From IMG/VR virus record IMGVR_UViG_3300024231_000003, positions 1 through 64,000 of that record: a stretch of DNA of 64,000 nucleotides; one strand, 5' to 3'. The DNA comes from a virus. This document shows positions 36,707-46,495 of the stretch, one piece after another; position 1 is the first letter of the stretch, and each line of letters opens with the position of its first letter. The position numbers and the translations under genes were made by a program. The notes under the pieces were generated by a model that worked only from the letters and a program-made list of their open reading frames with translations, made no database searches and had not been told where the DNA came from.

Positions 36707-37792
36707 ATGATAAAATTAGATACAGTACACGTTGAAATAACTAACAGATGTAATGCAATGTGTCCAGGATGCACTAGGCAAGATCCTGATACTGGAAAGT
36801 TACTCGATTTTTTTCATACAACTAATGAAGTTGATTGGTCATTATCTGACTTTAAAAATATACTTCCTCCTCATATTGTTAAAGATACAAACATATTTTT
36901 TGGAGTAACAGTTGATGAGCCATTAATGAATCCAAACTTTTTAGATATTGCAAAATATGTAATTGCGTCTGGAGGTAATATTGAACTTGATACTAATGCA
37001 GGTGCTGGAACAGAAAAAACATGGACTGAATTTGGTAGATTATCACGTGACAATCCTGGAAGAATAAGAGTTGGATTTTCAGTAGATGGATATGAAGATA
37101 CAAATCATATATATCGTGTTAATGTCAAGTGGAATACAGTTGTAAGAAATATGAAAGCATTTGCACAGAATTGTAAAGATGCAACTTGGGTATATCTAGC
37201 ATTTGATCATAATGAGCATGATATACCAAAGGCAGAAAAACTAGCAACAAAAATGGGTATCAAATTTAAAGTACGTGCAAATACTCGAAATATTAAATCT
37301 TGGGTATCAAATACTACTATTAAAAAAGATAAAAAGATAGTTAAAGAAACAAAAATAGTCAAAGTAGACTCTGATAGTAAATTTAAACATAGCGACTTTG
37401 AAAAGATAAAAAAATTAACAAGTCGTAAATCTGACGAATATACTAAAAGTGAACTTGACACCATATCTTGTTTATTAATAGATCAACAAGAAGTTATGAT
37501 TGATTGGTCAAAGAGAATGTGGCCATGTTGTTGGTGGGGAGATGCATATCTTTCAAAAAACAAAAGATGGATGAAAAACATTATTTCTCAATATGGAGAT
37601 GATTGGAATCGGGTAGATTTAACATCAATAGATAAAATACTAGATCATGAATATTATGCTAGTATATTAGGTGGTGAAGCTAGATATGATAATACTAGTA
37701 AATTCTACTGTGGTGATAGTTGCTTTAAGCACTGTGGTGATAAAGGCAAAAGAAATTACGAATACTTTGATAAAGATGGCAAATCAGTCTAG
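36707..37792 (+). CDS. Radical SAM protein with C-terminal SPASM/twitch-like cluster (paralog of 3134-4201)
   Basis: CNAMCPGC; shared TNHIYRVNV.WNTV.RNM.AF; WPCC...CFKHC; TAAATA-N5-ATG. Confidence 0.9.
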   Translation: MIKLDTVHVEITNRCNAMCPGCTRQDPDTGKLLDFFHTTNEVDWSLSDFKNILPPHIVKDTNIFFGVTVDEPLMNPNFLDIAKYVIASGGNIELDTNAGAGTEKTWTEFGRLSRDNPGRIRVGFSVDGYEDTNHIYRVNVKWNTVVRNMKAFAQNCKDATWVYLAFDHNEHDIPKAEKLATKMGIKFKVRANTRNIKSWVSNTTIKKDKKIVKETKIVKVDSDSKFKHSDFEKIKKLTSRKSDEYTKSELDTISCLLIDQQEVMIDWSKRMWPCCWWGDAYLSKNKRWMKNIISQYGDDWNRVDLTSIDKILDHEYYASILGGEARYDNTSKFYCGDSCFKHCGDKGKRNYEYFDKDGKSV

Positions 37793-37801
37793 TCAAATAG
37801 A

Positions 37802-37890
37802 TAAATAAAACTATAAGATACTGCCGTTAACACGGCAAGCTGGACATACAGCTTAAACTAATTAAGGCGTTTGGGCGCCATCTAGACCCA
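37802..37890 (+). promoter_or_regulatory. Late promoter plus structured 5' leader
   Basis: TAAATA, then TGCCGT/ACGGCA, AGCTG/CAGCT and GGCG/CGCC hairpins with possible TGGG/CCCA pseudoknot. Confidence 0.45.
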
Positions 37891-37917
37891 TTTATAATAC
37901 TTTAATTAGGAAGATCT

Positions 37918-39792
37918 ATGAATATATATTTAACACAAATTAATAACACCATAGCAGATGCAATCTTTCTGCCTCTTTCTGTTGGCTACGTGTGGGAATA
38001 TGTTAAAACTCAAAAAGACTTGAAGAAATGTAAATTGGGTGGTATCATATTTGAAAGAGATACTATAGAAAATTATATGGACCAGATAAAAGACCCTGAT
38101 GTAATAGCAATTAGTACATATGTGTGGAACTGGACAATTAGCCAAGAACTAGCTCGTGCTGTTAAGAAGAAATATCCAAAATGCTTAATTGTTATGGGCG
38201 GACCACAAGTACCATTCAAGAAGCAATGGCTTGAGGAAAATAGAGATATGTGTGACGTTATTGTTACATATGCTGGCGAGCGTACATTTGCAGAAGTGCT
38301 TAGAGGAAACTTAACAGCGCCAGGTATTATGAGTGAACACGGATACATTCCTCCCAAGCCAGATAGAGATATATCAGATATTCCAAGTCCATATTTAAGT
38401 GGACTAATGGATAGTTTAATGGATCCTGATAAGAACTATAGTGCTATTGTAGAAACAAATAGAGGATGTCCTTATAGTTGTACATTCTGTGATCAAGAAG
38501 CAGTGTATTATAACAAGATTGCCAAGTTTGATTATGATAGAGTTATTGCAGAAATAGATTGGGTAGTCAAACATAAAATTGACTTCTTATATTTTGCTGA
38601 TAGTAACTTGGGAATATTTGATAGAGATGTAGACTTTATGAGATATATTGCAAAATGTAGAAACGAAACTGGATACCCTAGAAATATCGATTACTCAACA
38701 GCAAAGCAATCTCCTGATCGAGTAACAGAACTTGGAAAAATATTAAATCAAGAAGCAGGCATTACACGTGGTATGACAATTGCACTACAGAGTATGAATC
38801 CTGATACACTTAGTGCAATTAAAAGAATAAACGCTGCTAATGATAAACTAAAGAAAACTATAGATGATTTTCATGCAAATGGTGTTGATAATTATTGTGA
38901 GCTTATATTAGGATTACCAGAGGAAAGTTTTGACAGTTGGGTTAAAGGTACTGGTGAAATACTTGACATAGGCAGTGATCACGCATTACAAATGCACCCA
39001 CTAAGTGTTGTGCCTAACACTCCATTTATGGATGAAGATTATGTACAAAAATATGGTTTAAAATATACACCCACTCAAGCACCTGCAGGAGGAAATACGT
39101 ATCCTGGTGATAGTAATGGTGAGATTGATTACATTTGCTATGAGACAAATACAATGACTCGTGATGAATGGATAGATGCATACTTCTTTACAAAAGGAAT
39201 AGTTATACCTCACCATTATCATGGATTTAGTCAAGTGTTAGCAACCTATCTAAACAGAGAGCTAGGTATTCCTTTTATTGAATACTATACCTTTTTGTTT
39301 AATTGGAGTAAAGTAAGTAGTGGAATTTTACACTCAGAATACATGGCACATACAAATAGTGTTCGTGAAAGCTTATTTGAAAATAAAACTTGGGGTCGCC
39401 CTGTAGATGATACTGATAATTTCCACCTACAAGATAATGGTGCAACTGCATCTTGGTTATATGAAAATATAGATGCAGTATATAATGAGTTACTTATGAT
39501 ATGCAGTGTTAAGTGGGAAATAGATGTATCTGAAGTACTAAGATACAACAAGCACATACTAGATAGATATAATGAAACAACTCAAGATGCTGAATATGAT
39601 AAAAATTGGCATGGATGGTTTAATAATAATGAAACATTAAAAGATGAAAATACTACTGTATCTATTACCACACGTAAAGAATATACAAGTAAATTAGATC
39701 ACGCCAAACATTTATTTTGGTATGGTAGAAAAGCCAAACGTTGCTTCTTAGCAGCAAATGAAAGGAAAACACAATATGATACGAGTAGCTGA
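37918..39792 (+). CDS. Cobalamin-binding radical SAM enzyme
   Basis: LPLSVGYV, PDVIAISTYVWN, IVMGGPQV, GERTF, IPSPYL, ETNRGCPYSCTFC, ADSNLG, LILGLPEE. Confidence 0.92.
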   Translation: MNIYLTQINNTIADAIFLPLSVGYVWEYVKTQKDLKKCKLGGIIFERDTIENYMDQIKDPDVIAISTYVWNWTISQELARAVKKKYPKCLIVMGGPQVPFKKQWLEENRDMCDVIVTYAGERTFAEVLRGNLTAPGIMSEHGYIPPKPDRDISDIPSPYLSGLMDSLMDPDKNYSAIVETNRGCPYSCTFCDQEAVYYNKIAKFDYDRVIAEIDWVVKHKIDFLYFADSNLGIFDRDVDFMRYIAKCRNETGYPRNIDYSTAKQSPDRVTELGKILNQEAGITRGMTIALQSMNPDTLSAIKRINAANDKLKKTIDDFHANGVDNYCELILGLPEESFDSWVKGTGEILDIGSDHALQMHPLSVVPNTPFMDEDYVQKYGLKYTPTQAPAGGNTYPGDSNGEIDYICYETNTMTRDEWIDAYFFTKGIVIPHHYHGFSQVLATYLNRELGIPFIEYYTFLFNWSKVSSGILHSEYMAHTNSVRESLFENKTWGRPVDDTDNFHLQDNGATASWLYENIDAVYNELLMICSVKWEIDVSEVLRYNKHILDRYNETTQDAEYDKNWHGWFNNNETLKDENTTVSITTRKEYTSKLDHAKHLFWYGRKAKRCFLAANERKTQYDTSS

Positions 39793-40345
39793 TACTATTC
39801 CAAATGTAAGAACTATGCATAAAGTAGGGGTTCAAAATTTATGGTTAGAGACACATGAATTATTTGCAAACAAGAAGATTTTGCTTTTTGGTGTTCCAGG
39901 ATCATTTATTGTCGAGTACGCATCAAGTCAAATGCGCACATATGAATTCTTTTATGAAAAGTTTAAAGATTTAGGTATTGATGAAATATGGGTAACTAGT
40001 ACTGAAGACACTTATATACAACGTGCATGGTTAAACAGTGAAGGTATTGAGCAAATAAAAGCATTGCCAGATCCAGCTCTTGAATGGGCAAGTAGTATTG
40101 GTATGCTAGAGGATATGACCAAAGAAGGATTAGGTCCCAATCGTAGTCACAGATATGCAATGATTATTGATAACCTTATATGCAAAGTTGTGCATTATGA
40201 GGATTTTACACACAACCCAATGACATGTTTTCAGGTAAGTGATGCAAACAGTATGATGAATTACTTAGAGAAGATACAAACAAATTATGAAAGGTTTAAT
40301 AATGAAGCAAGAGATACAGTTACCGCTGAAGGAAAAATCAGGTGA
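39776..40345 (+). CDS. Prx5/AHP1-type peroxiredoxin homolog lacking the peroxidatic Cys
   Basis: ELFANKKILLFGVPGSF, GIDEIWV, RSHRYAMIIDN; canonical PGAFTPTCS is replaced by PGSFIVEYA. Confidence 0.8.
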   Translation: MIRVADTIPNVRTMHKVGVQNLWLETHELFANKKILLFGVPGSFIVEYASSQMRTYEFFYEKFKDLGIDEIWVTSTEDTYIQRAWLNSEGIEQIKALPDPALEWASSIGMLEDMTKEGLGPNRSHRYAMIIDNLICKVVHYEDFTHNPMTCFQVSDANSMMNYLEKIQTNYERFNNEARDTVTAEGKIR

Positions 40346-40937
40346 GTATGCATGTGAACTCCCAACGCTTTGGTTTGATAGAGAATATTTATTAGACCAT
40401 GTAAATGGAGTTGCGCTGGATAATTGGTATATTTTTGATTGTGGGCATATTAGATGGACAGTACAAGAAGCATTTGAGCCGCGGCTAGAATGTAAAAATT
40501 ATAAGTTTAACGAATTTCATAAAGAACTAGCTGAGCTATTTAATCCGCCAATTATGCCAGATACAATGCTATACACTAGTACGCCTATAGGGGGAACACC
40601 TCCGCATCAAGATAGAAATAGATTAGGGATAATTAATTTTCCTGTCAAAGGAAAGTTTAATGAAAGCAGTCCACAGACGTTCTATAGTGATTTTGATAGA
40701 GATACATTAGAATACACTATGCACTACACAGAGAGCCAAGCTACAAATGAACTTGCTCCTTGGTTGTTTAGTGGTCCTAAAATTCATGGTGTTGAGAACA
40801 TAGACGATGCTGATAGAACAATTATTACTACGTGTTGGAGACACCATACTTACCAGCAAGTAGTAGACGGATTAAAAGACGGATCTCTTGTAAATTGGGA
40901 TGTTAACGAAAAGAATAAGAGGGTTAAATTTATATAA
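40287..40937 (+). CDS. 2OG-Fe(II)/cupin-fold oxygenase-like protein
   Basis: PPHQD...IINFPV...IHGVEN...R. Confidence 0.7.
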   Translation: MKGLIMKQEIQLPLKEKSGEYACELPTLWFDREYLLDHVNGVALDNWYIFDCGHIRWTVQEAFEPRLECKNYKFNEFHKELAELFNPPIMPDTMLYTSTPIGGTPPHQDRNRLGIINFPVKGKFNESSPQTFYSDFDRDTLEYTMHYTESQATNELAPWLFSGPKIHGVENIDDADRTIITTCWRHHTYQQVVDGLKDGSLVNWDVNEKNKRVKFI

Positions 40938-41578
40938 TGGAAAAAGTCGATAAAGCATTAATGAGATTACACTCTATGGATGATTGGATGCAAATGCAAT
41001 CCTTCAATAGTAATAATTTAATGAAAGAGATGGAACGATATAAAAATGATTGGAAGCCGTATAATGTAAGAAAGCCTAATAATCGTTGGGGACTTAGTAT
41101 TACTAGTTTGGATGGCGAACTGAGCGGCATTCCAGATTTAGATAGTCTTTATGAGTATAATAAAAAGCACAATACTAATATTGCAAACCAAGATATTAAA
41201 ACATATACAGACGTTTATTATGATAGCCCAGAATTACAAAAAATTATAGAACCTTGGAAGCCATGGTTAGGAAGATGTCATTATTTGAGATTAGACAGCG
41301 GTGGATTTTTTCCAGAGCATTATGACATAAACAAACTTGATTATGAATTTGAGGACGCAAGGCTTATTGGTTTTGTTAATCGAACTAGCAAAGATACTAT
41401 GAAATTTATATATGGCGATACTGTTATGGATGTTAAAGAGGGTAGTCTGTATTACTTCAATGCAAGTAAGCGACATAGTGTCTTTAGCATGATGGATGAT
41501 TGCATAATGATTGTTTTTTGCTTGAAGTTTGATGACAAACTATTTGAAACAATGATGAATAACTACAGATTAAAATAA
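40937..41578 (+). CDS. Asp/Asn beta-hydroxylase-like 2OG-Fe(II) oxygenase
   Basis: RCHYLRLDSGGFFPEHYD...GSLYYFNASKRHSV. Confidence 0.75.
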   Translation: MEKVDKALMRLHSMDDWMQMQSFNSNNLMKEMERYKNDWKPYNVRKPNNRWGLSITSLDGELSGIPDLDSLYEYNKKHNTNIANQDIKTYTDVYYDSPELQKIIEPWKPWLGRCHYLRLDSGGFFPEHYDINKLDYEFEDARLIGFVNRTSKDTMKFIYGDTVMDVKEGSLYYFNASKRHSVFSMMDDCIMIVFCLKFDDKLFETMMNNYRLK

Positions 41579-41585
41579 ACTATAC

Positions 41586-41614
41586 TTGACAATTAAAGTG
41601 AAGTAGAGTATAAT
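41586..41614 (+). promoter_or_regulatory. Consensus sigma70 promoter
   Basis: TTGACA-17 bp-TATAAT. Confidence 0.75.
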
Positions 41615-41643
41615 TATTAAAGATAGAAAAGGTATTAATACAA

Positions 41644-42558
41644 ATGTATAATAATCCACTTAACAAGCTAATATGGGATAAGGTACAAGAGATGTTTGGA
41701 TGGAATATTGCTCCTGAATCTCCTATTGCTCAGTTACCATTCAATCAAGATTTTATTACTGCATGCGAGAAAGAATTCTCAATGCAAGTACGTGACACGT
41801 TCTACCCTATTGAATTAGGACAAGTGGAACAGTGGAACAGAAAGCGCATGGAAGACTTTGTTAAAGAAATTGATAAACAGTATCAGCATAACTACTTTGT
41901 TGGAGAAAATGGTACTAGTACAACTGGTGTTGTTGGAGAAATATGTGATGTAAATGATAAGCCTATTGCTAATAAATGGAATATAAGAGGAAATGCACTT
42001 GTTGAAAGATTACAAGCAATGCAAGCAGAAAATCCTGATCTTACTATTTTGGATATAGGTTGTGGTGTTAATGAATACAAAAAGTACCTTAATAATGTAA
42101 CTGGTGTTGATCCATACAGACCTGAAGCAGATATACTTGCTAAACAAGCTGACTTTGATCCACAAGGACAAACATGGGACGTAATAATATGTTTTGGCCC
42201 AATGAACTGGTATACATATGATGAACAGTTTCGTAATATGGCAAAGCTAAAGGAATGTTTAGCACCCAATGGATTATTATTATGGAGTCATAATCATAAC
42301 TATTACAAACTATTTCAGCCAGATGCAGAACATGCGCACACATGGCTTCATGGAAACTTGGAAGATGCACAACGTAATAGTGCTTTCTTTTTTGTAGATA
42401 GAGATTGGAAATATACTTGGTATTTTAACAATACAGAACACAGTATGTCAACATTAGCTACACACGTAGGACTCAAAGTATCTAAAATTGATTACGATCA
42501 TTGTAACTTGTATCGTCCACCAATGTGGAGACTATTTGTGGAGATGACTCATGAATAG
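41644..42558 (+). CDS. Class I SAM-dependent methyltransferase with extra N-terminal helical domain
   Basis: ILDIGCG, TGVDP, WDVIICFG, LAPNGLL. Confidence 0.82.
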   Translation: MYNNPLNKLIWDKVQEMFGWNIAPESPIAQLPFNQDFITACEKEFSMQVRDTFYPIELGQVEQWNRKRMEDFVKEIDKQYQHNYFVGENGTSTTGVVGEICDVNDKPIANKWNIRGNALVERLQAMQAENPDLTILDIGCGVNEYKKYLNNVTGVDPYRPEADILAKQADFDPQGQTWDVIICFGPMNWYTYDEQFRNMAKLKECLAPNGLLLWSHNHNYYKLFQPDAEHAHTWLHGNLEDAQRNSAFFFVDRDWKYTWYFNNTEHSMSTLATHVGLKVSKIDYDHCNLYRPPMWRLFVEMTHE

Positions 42559-43213
42559 ATGGGAAATGACTGTAGATCAAAGTAACTACGATTTTAACCC
42601 GTTTAGAGAAAGTGATCACGGAGCTGGTTTTCGAACAATAGGCAATATAGAGCCTACATGGAAACAAGAAATACCTATTGCAAATTCAAACCAGTATGAT
42701 TTTTATTGGCCATCGCCAGTATCGCCTGACGGCGATAGTTTTAATTACGACTACGAAGAACTGTTATGCAAAGACTGGGGTATTCCTTTAGACTATGTCG
42801 TATACAGACAATGGACAACTACAGAAGAAACTCCTATACTACATAGCATTGCAGAACAAATTGGTCTTGCTGATGCACAAACTAATGTACAGACACAACA
42901 CACAGGCATGATGCTACATTTACACATTGATAGTTTAACTGGCCTACGTAAAGAACGCACAGACCAAAGTAGTAGTAGATCCACAGACATTGAATGGGGA
43001 AGAGTCTTTGTAATGTTAGACGATTGGGCACCAGGACATATTATACAGTTTGGTAATACATATGTACCTCCTTGGAGAGCAGGAGATATTATATGGTTTG
43101 ATTGGGCAAATATTCCACATAGTACAGCAAATACTGGACCATGGCCTCGTAACATACTAAAAATTACAGGCAAAGTTACAGACAAATACACAGAGTTAAT
43201 TAATAATGGATGA
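42551..43213 (+). CDS. 2OG-Fe(II) oxygenase-like protein
   Basis: LHLHID...RVFVMLDDW.PG...WRAGD...PHSTANTG..PR. Confidence 0.75.
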   Translation: MNRWEMTVDQSNYDFNPFRESDHGAGFRTIGNIEPTWKQEIPIANSNQYDFYWPSPVSPDGDSFNYDYEELLCKDWGIPLDYVVYRQWTTTEETPILHSIAEQIGLADAQTNVQTQHTGMMLHLHIDSLTGLRKERTDQSSSRSTDIEWGRVFVMLDDWAPGHIIQFGNTYVPPWRAGDIIWFDWANIPHSTANTGPWPRNILKITGKVTDKYTELINNG

Positions 43214-44468
43214 TTTTGGAGAAAACTATTGTGTATATCCGTTTGTTAGTATGACGATTAGTCCAACTGGTCGTTGGAAGATTTGTTGTGTAGATGAGGA
43301 CGGTGACGATATTCCTACAACAAAAATTACTGATTTTGAAGGAGGAAAATATTACAAATGTTCTGACTATAGCCTAATGGATTTTTGGAAAAGCGACTAT
43401 ATGGATCACATACGTGAAAAAATGTTAAAAGACCAACCAGTACATGAGTGTAGAAGTTGCAAATATAATGAAAAAAAAGGTACCAAAAGTTATAGACAGC
43501 GAGCTAATGAAGAATGGGGATATATAAGTGAAACTATGGAATCTCCAACATACATAGATCTCAAACTAGGAAATACATGTAATCTAAATTGTGTATTTTG
43601 TGATCCTAACAGTAGTAGTAAAGTATTACAAGAATGGAAAAAGATAGGATGGATTACTGCAGAAACTGCACCGTTTGGAGAAGGCATCATGGGTCCTATT
43701 GAAGAACTAGGAACAGAAAAGGTAGACTACAATTGGGTAAATCATAATAACTTTTGGGATAATGTAGATGAAGTTTCTCCATACTTAACTAAATTAAAGT
43801 TTACAGGTGGGGAACCAATGCTTAACAAAAAAATGTTTAAGTTGTTGCAAAGTATAATTGACCAAGATAGGGCCAAAGATATCAGCGTACAAATTACAAC
43901 AAATGGTACTGTAGTTAGCGAAAAGATATGTAATATGCTTAACCAGTTTAAAATGGTACAATTAAATTTTAGTTGTGATGGATTAAAAGGAACAAACGAA
44001 TATATTAGATGGCCACTTGAACATGATAAATGGTTGGAAAATATAGATATGTTTGAAAAATTTACTAACGAGGAAACAGTAACATTAAGTATGCAGCACA
44101 GTTATGGTGCGTTAACAATGCTAAGTCTTGCTGAATACTTTAGATGGGTATTTACAAAAAAGAGATTTGGTTGGCACACATTTAAGGTTTGGAAACCAGA
44201 ATTTATGCAAATGGAAGTTTTAGAACCAGCTACTCTTAATGAAGCCAAAACTGATTTGCAGAATTTAGTAGATGAACTAACTCCTCAGATCAAACTCAGT
44301 AGAGACGAGCATCTTGTACAAGATATTACAGGTATAATTCAAGCCATCGATAATGCAGTCAATTTAACACATTTAAGACCAAAACTATTAGAATACACAA
44401 ATGCTTTGGACAAGAGCAGAGGTATAAATATCTATGATTATATACCAAGACTTAAAAATCATTTGTAA
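43206..44468 (+). CDS. Radical SAM protein with N-terminal twitch-like Cys domain
   Basis: YCVYPF...ICC...CRSC...E; LGNTCNLNCVFC; FTGGEPM; TTNGT; NEYIRWP. Confidence 0.9.
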   Translation: MDDFGENYCVYPFVSMTISPTGRWKICCVDEDGDDIPTTKITDFEGGKYYKCSDYSLMDFWKSDYMDHIREKMLKDQPVHECRSCKYNEKKGTKSYRQRANEEWGYISETMESPTYIDLKLGNTCNLNCVFCDPNSSSKVLQEWKKIGWITAETAPFGEGIMGPIEELGTEKVDYNWVNHNNFWDNVDEVSPYLTKLKFTGGEPMLNKKMFKLLQSIIDQDRAKDISVQITTNGTVVSEKICNMLNQFKMVQLNFSCDGLKGTNEYIRWPLEHDKWLENIDMFEKFTNEETVTLSMQHSYGALTMLSLAEYFRWVFTKKRFGWHTFKVWKPEFMQMEVLEPATLNEAKTDLQNLVDELTPQIKLSRDEHLVQDITGIIQAIDNAVNLTHLRPKLLEYTNALDKSRGINIYDYIPRLKNHL

Positions 44469-44617
44469 AGGATAAATAAAGTTAATAACAGCTTGACATA
44501 CTAAGCGATTGTAGTATACAATAACCCTATGAAACTGACCGTCCTGGTCGGCCCAACAAACAGGCCATTACGGATAATTGCAAAGCAATTATAATCAATA
44601 TTTCAAGGAAAAAAATT

Positions 44618-45601
44618 ATGAAATTATTAAACCTAAAAGCCGCCGCAATGGCGACTATCGTAGCCTTTACGGCAAGTGCATCTGCAGCAGCAGAGTGCGA
44701 AGTAACTATCGCTGAACCTAATTGGAGTTCAGGTCAATTTATGGCATATCTAGATAAGTTTGTTGTAGAAACAGCATTTGGCTGTGAAGCAGAACTAATG
44801 CCAGCAGCTTCTATTGCAGTAGCAACAAGTATGACTGAAAAAGGCACACCGCATATTGCTGGTGAATTTATTTCAGTAAGTGTTGGCGATGTTGTGGACC
44901 AAGCAATTGCTGAAGGAAAAATCCTTATTGCAAATGACGACCCATACCAAGGCGGCGCACAAGAAGGATTTTATGTATCTAAAAGTGTATTAGATGCAAA
45001 CCCAGAAATTAAAACAGTAGAAGATCTATTAGAACGTCCAGAACTAGTTGGCGGTAAAGTATTTTCTTGTCCAGGCGGTTGGGGTTGTAATGCTACAATG
45101 CGTAACAATCTATTAGCACTTGATGTTGAATCAAAAGGCTTTGAAATTGTTGTTCCAGGATCAGGTGCAGCATTTGACGGTTCAATTGCAAACGCAGCAC
45201 AACGTGGTACTGGTTGGTTTGGTTTTTACTGGGCACCAGCAGGCATGTTAAGTAAGTTTGGAATGGTTCCATTACCAACTCGTGCAGGTTTTGCAGGTAC
45301 AGATTATTGGACAAATTGTGCTACTGATTTAGAGTGTACTAATCCACAAGTATCAGATTTTCCAAAACCAACAATCCGTTCACTAACAGTACCAGAATTT
45401 GCAAATGCTAACCCAGCAATTGTAGCGTACTTAGCAAAACGTGACTTCTCAATTGAACAAATTAACTCATACTTAATTCAAATGGAAGCATCACAAGAAA
45501 CAGCAGAAGAAGCAGTTGTATCATTCTTTAAAAATAACGAAGATGTATGGACAACATGGTTTACTGCAGAAACTGTTGCAAAAATTAAAGCAGCACTATA
45601 A
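44618..45601 (+). CDS. proX: Glycine betaine/proline-type ABC transporter substrate-binding protein
   Basis: Signal peptide; VTIAEPNWSS, FGCEAEL, CPGGWGC, PGSGAA, FYWAP. Confidence 0.85.
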   Translation: MKLLNLKAAAMATIVAFTASASAAAECEVTIAEPNWSSGQFMAYLDKFVVETAFGCEAELMPAASIAVATSMTEKGTPHIAGEFISVSVGDVVDQAIAEGKILIANDDPYQGGAQEGFYVSKSVLDANPEIKTVEDLLERPELVGGKVFSCPGGWGCNATMRNNLLALDVESKGFEIVVPGSGAAFDGSIANAAQRGTGWFGFYWAPAGMLSKFGMVPLPTRAGFAGTDYWTNCATDLECTNPQVSDFPKPTIRSLTVPEFANANPAIVAYLAKRDFSIEQINSYLIQMEASQETAEEAVVSFFKNNEDVWTTWFTAETVAKIKAAL

Positions 45602-45604
45602 CTA

Positions 45605-46495
45605 ATGGATAGCAAGTTTTTAACTGAGTTTCCTGGACTAGATACAAGTACACTAAAGTACATCAGAAGAACATTGGATAATGCGTTTTTTGAATTTTCT
45701 AGAAACTGGGGAGAGCAGATTGAAAACTTGCTATATCCTTTAGAATATATTCTAGAAGTATCAGAGGACTTCCTCGTAGATACTCCTTGGTTAGTAATAC
45801 TATTGTTATTAACCACTTTTTGTTATCTTACTACATCCAATAAAAGATTTACTTTTGTTTTCTCGAGCATTTTGTTTTTAATTGGATATTTTGGAATGTG
45901 GGAAGATGCAATGATTACACTTAGTATTGTTATTATTGGTGTTTCATTATGCGTTATCAGTGGAATACCAATAGGCATAGCAATGTCTTCAAGTAATAGA
46001 GTTAGATCTATAATGTTGCCTATATTAGATTTTGCACAAGCAGTACCAACATTTGTCTACTTAATTCCAATTATTATGTTATTAGGTATTGGTGATCTTC
46101 CTGGACTCATTGCTATATGTGTATATGCTGTTCCGCCTATAATTAGATTTACTGACTTGGGAATACGTGAAGTAGATACAGGATCAATCGAAGCTGCAGA
46201 ATCTCTTGGTATGAATAAATGGCAAGTTTTACGAAAAATAAAAATACCACTAGCATACACTAGTATATTTGCTGGGCTTAATCAAACAATTATGATGGCA
46301 TTGGGTATGGTAGTTATTGCAAGTATGATTGGATTACAAGGACTTGGTAGTAACGTACTAACTGCAATTAATCAACAAAGACTAACAATAGGTTTACTTA
46401 ATGGTATGGCTATTGTTAGTTTAGCAATAATATTAGATCGAATGACACAACAATGGGCTAAGAAATTACAAGCCTGGAAATATGTTGACAAGTAG
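45605..46495 (+). CDS. proW: Glycine betaine/proline-type ABC transporter permease
   Basis: GIPIGIAM, PILDFAQAVPTFVYLIP, PPIIRFTDLGIREV, EAA loop, GLNQTIMMALGMVVIASMIG. Confidence 0.92.
   Translation: MDSKFLTEFPGLDTSTLKYIRRTLDNAFFEFSRNWGEQIENLLYPLEYILEVSEDFLVDTPWLVILLLLTTFCYLTTSNKRFTFVFSSILFLIGYFGMWEDAMITLSIVIIGVSLCVISGIPIGIAMSSSNRVRSIMLPILDFAQAVPTFVYLIPIIMLLGIGDLPGLIAICVYAVPPIIRFTDLGIREVDTGSIEAAESLGMNKWQVLRKIKIPLAYTSIFAGLNQTIMMALGMVVIASMIGLQGLGSNVLTAINQQRLTIGLLNGMAIVSLAIILDRMTQQWAKKLQAWKYVDK

Noticed and set aside
37813-37917. Cobalamin riboswitch
   Set aside because: Too short and lacks the GGGAA and B12-box consensus elements
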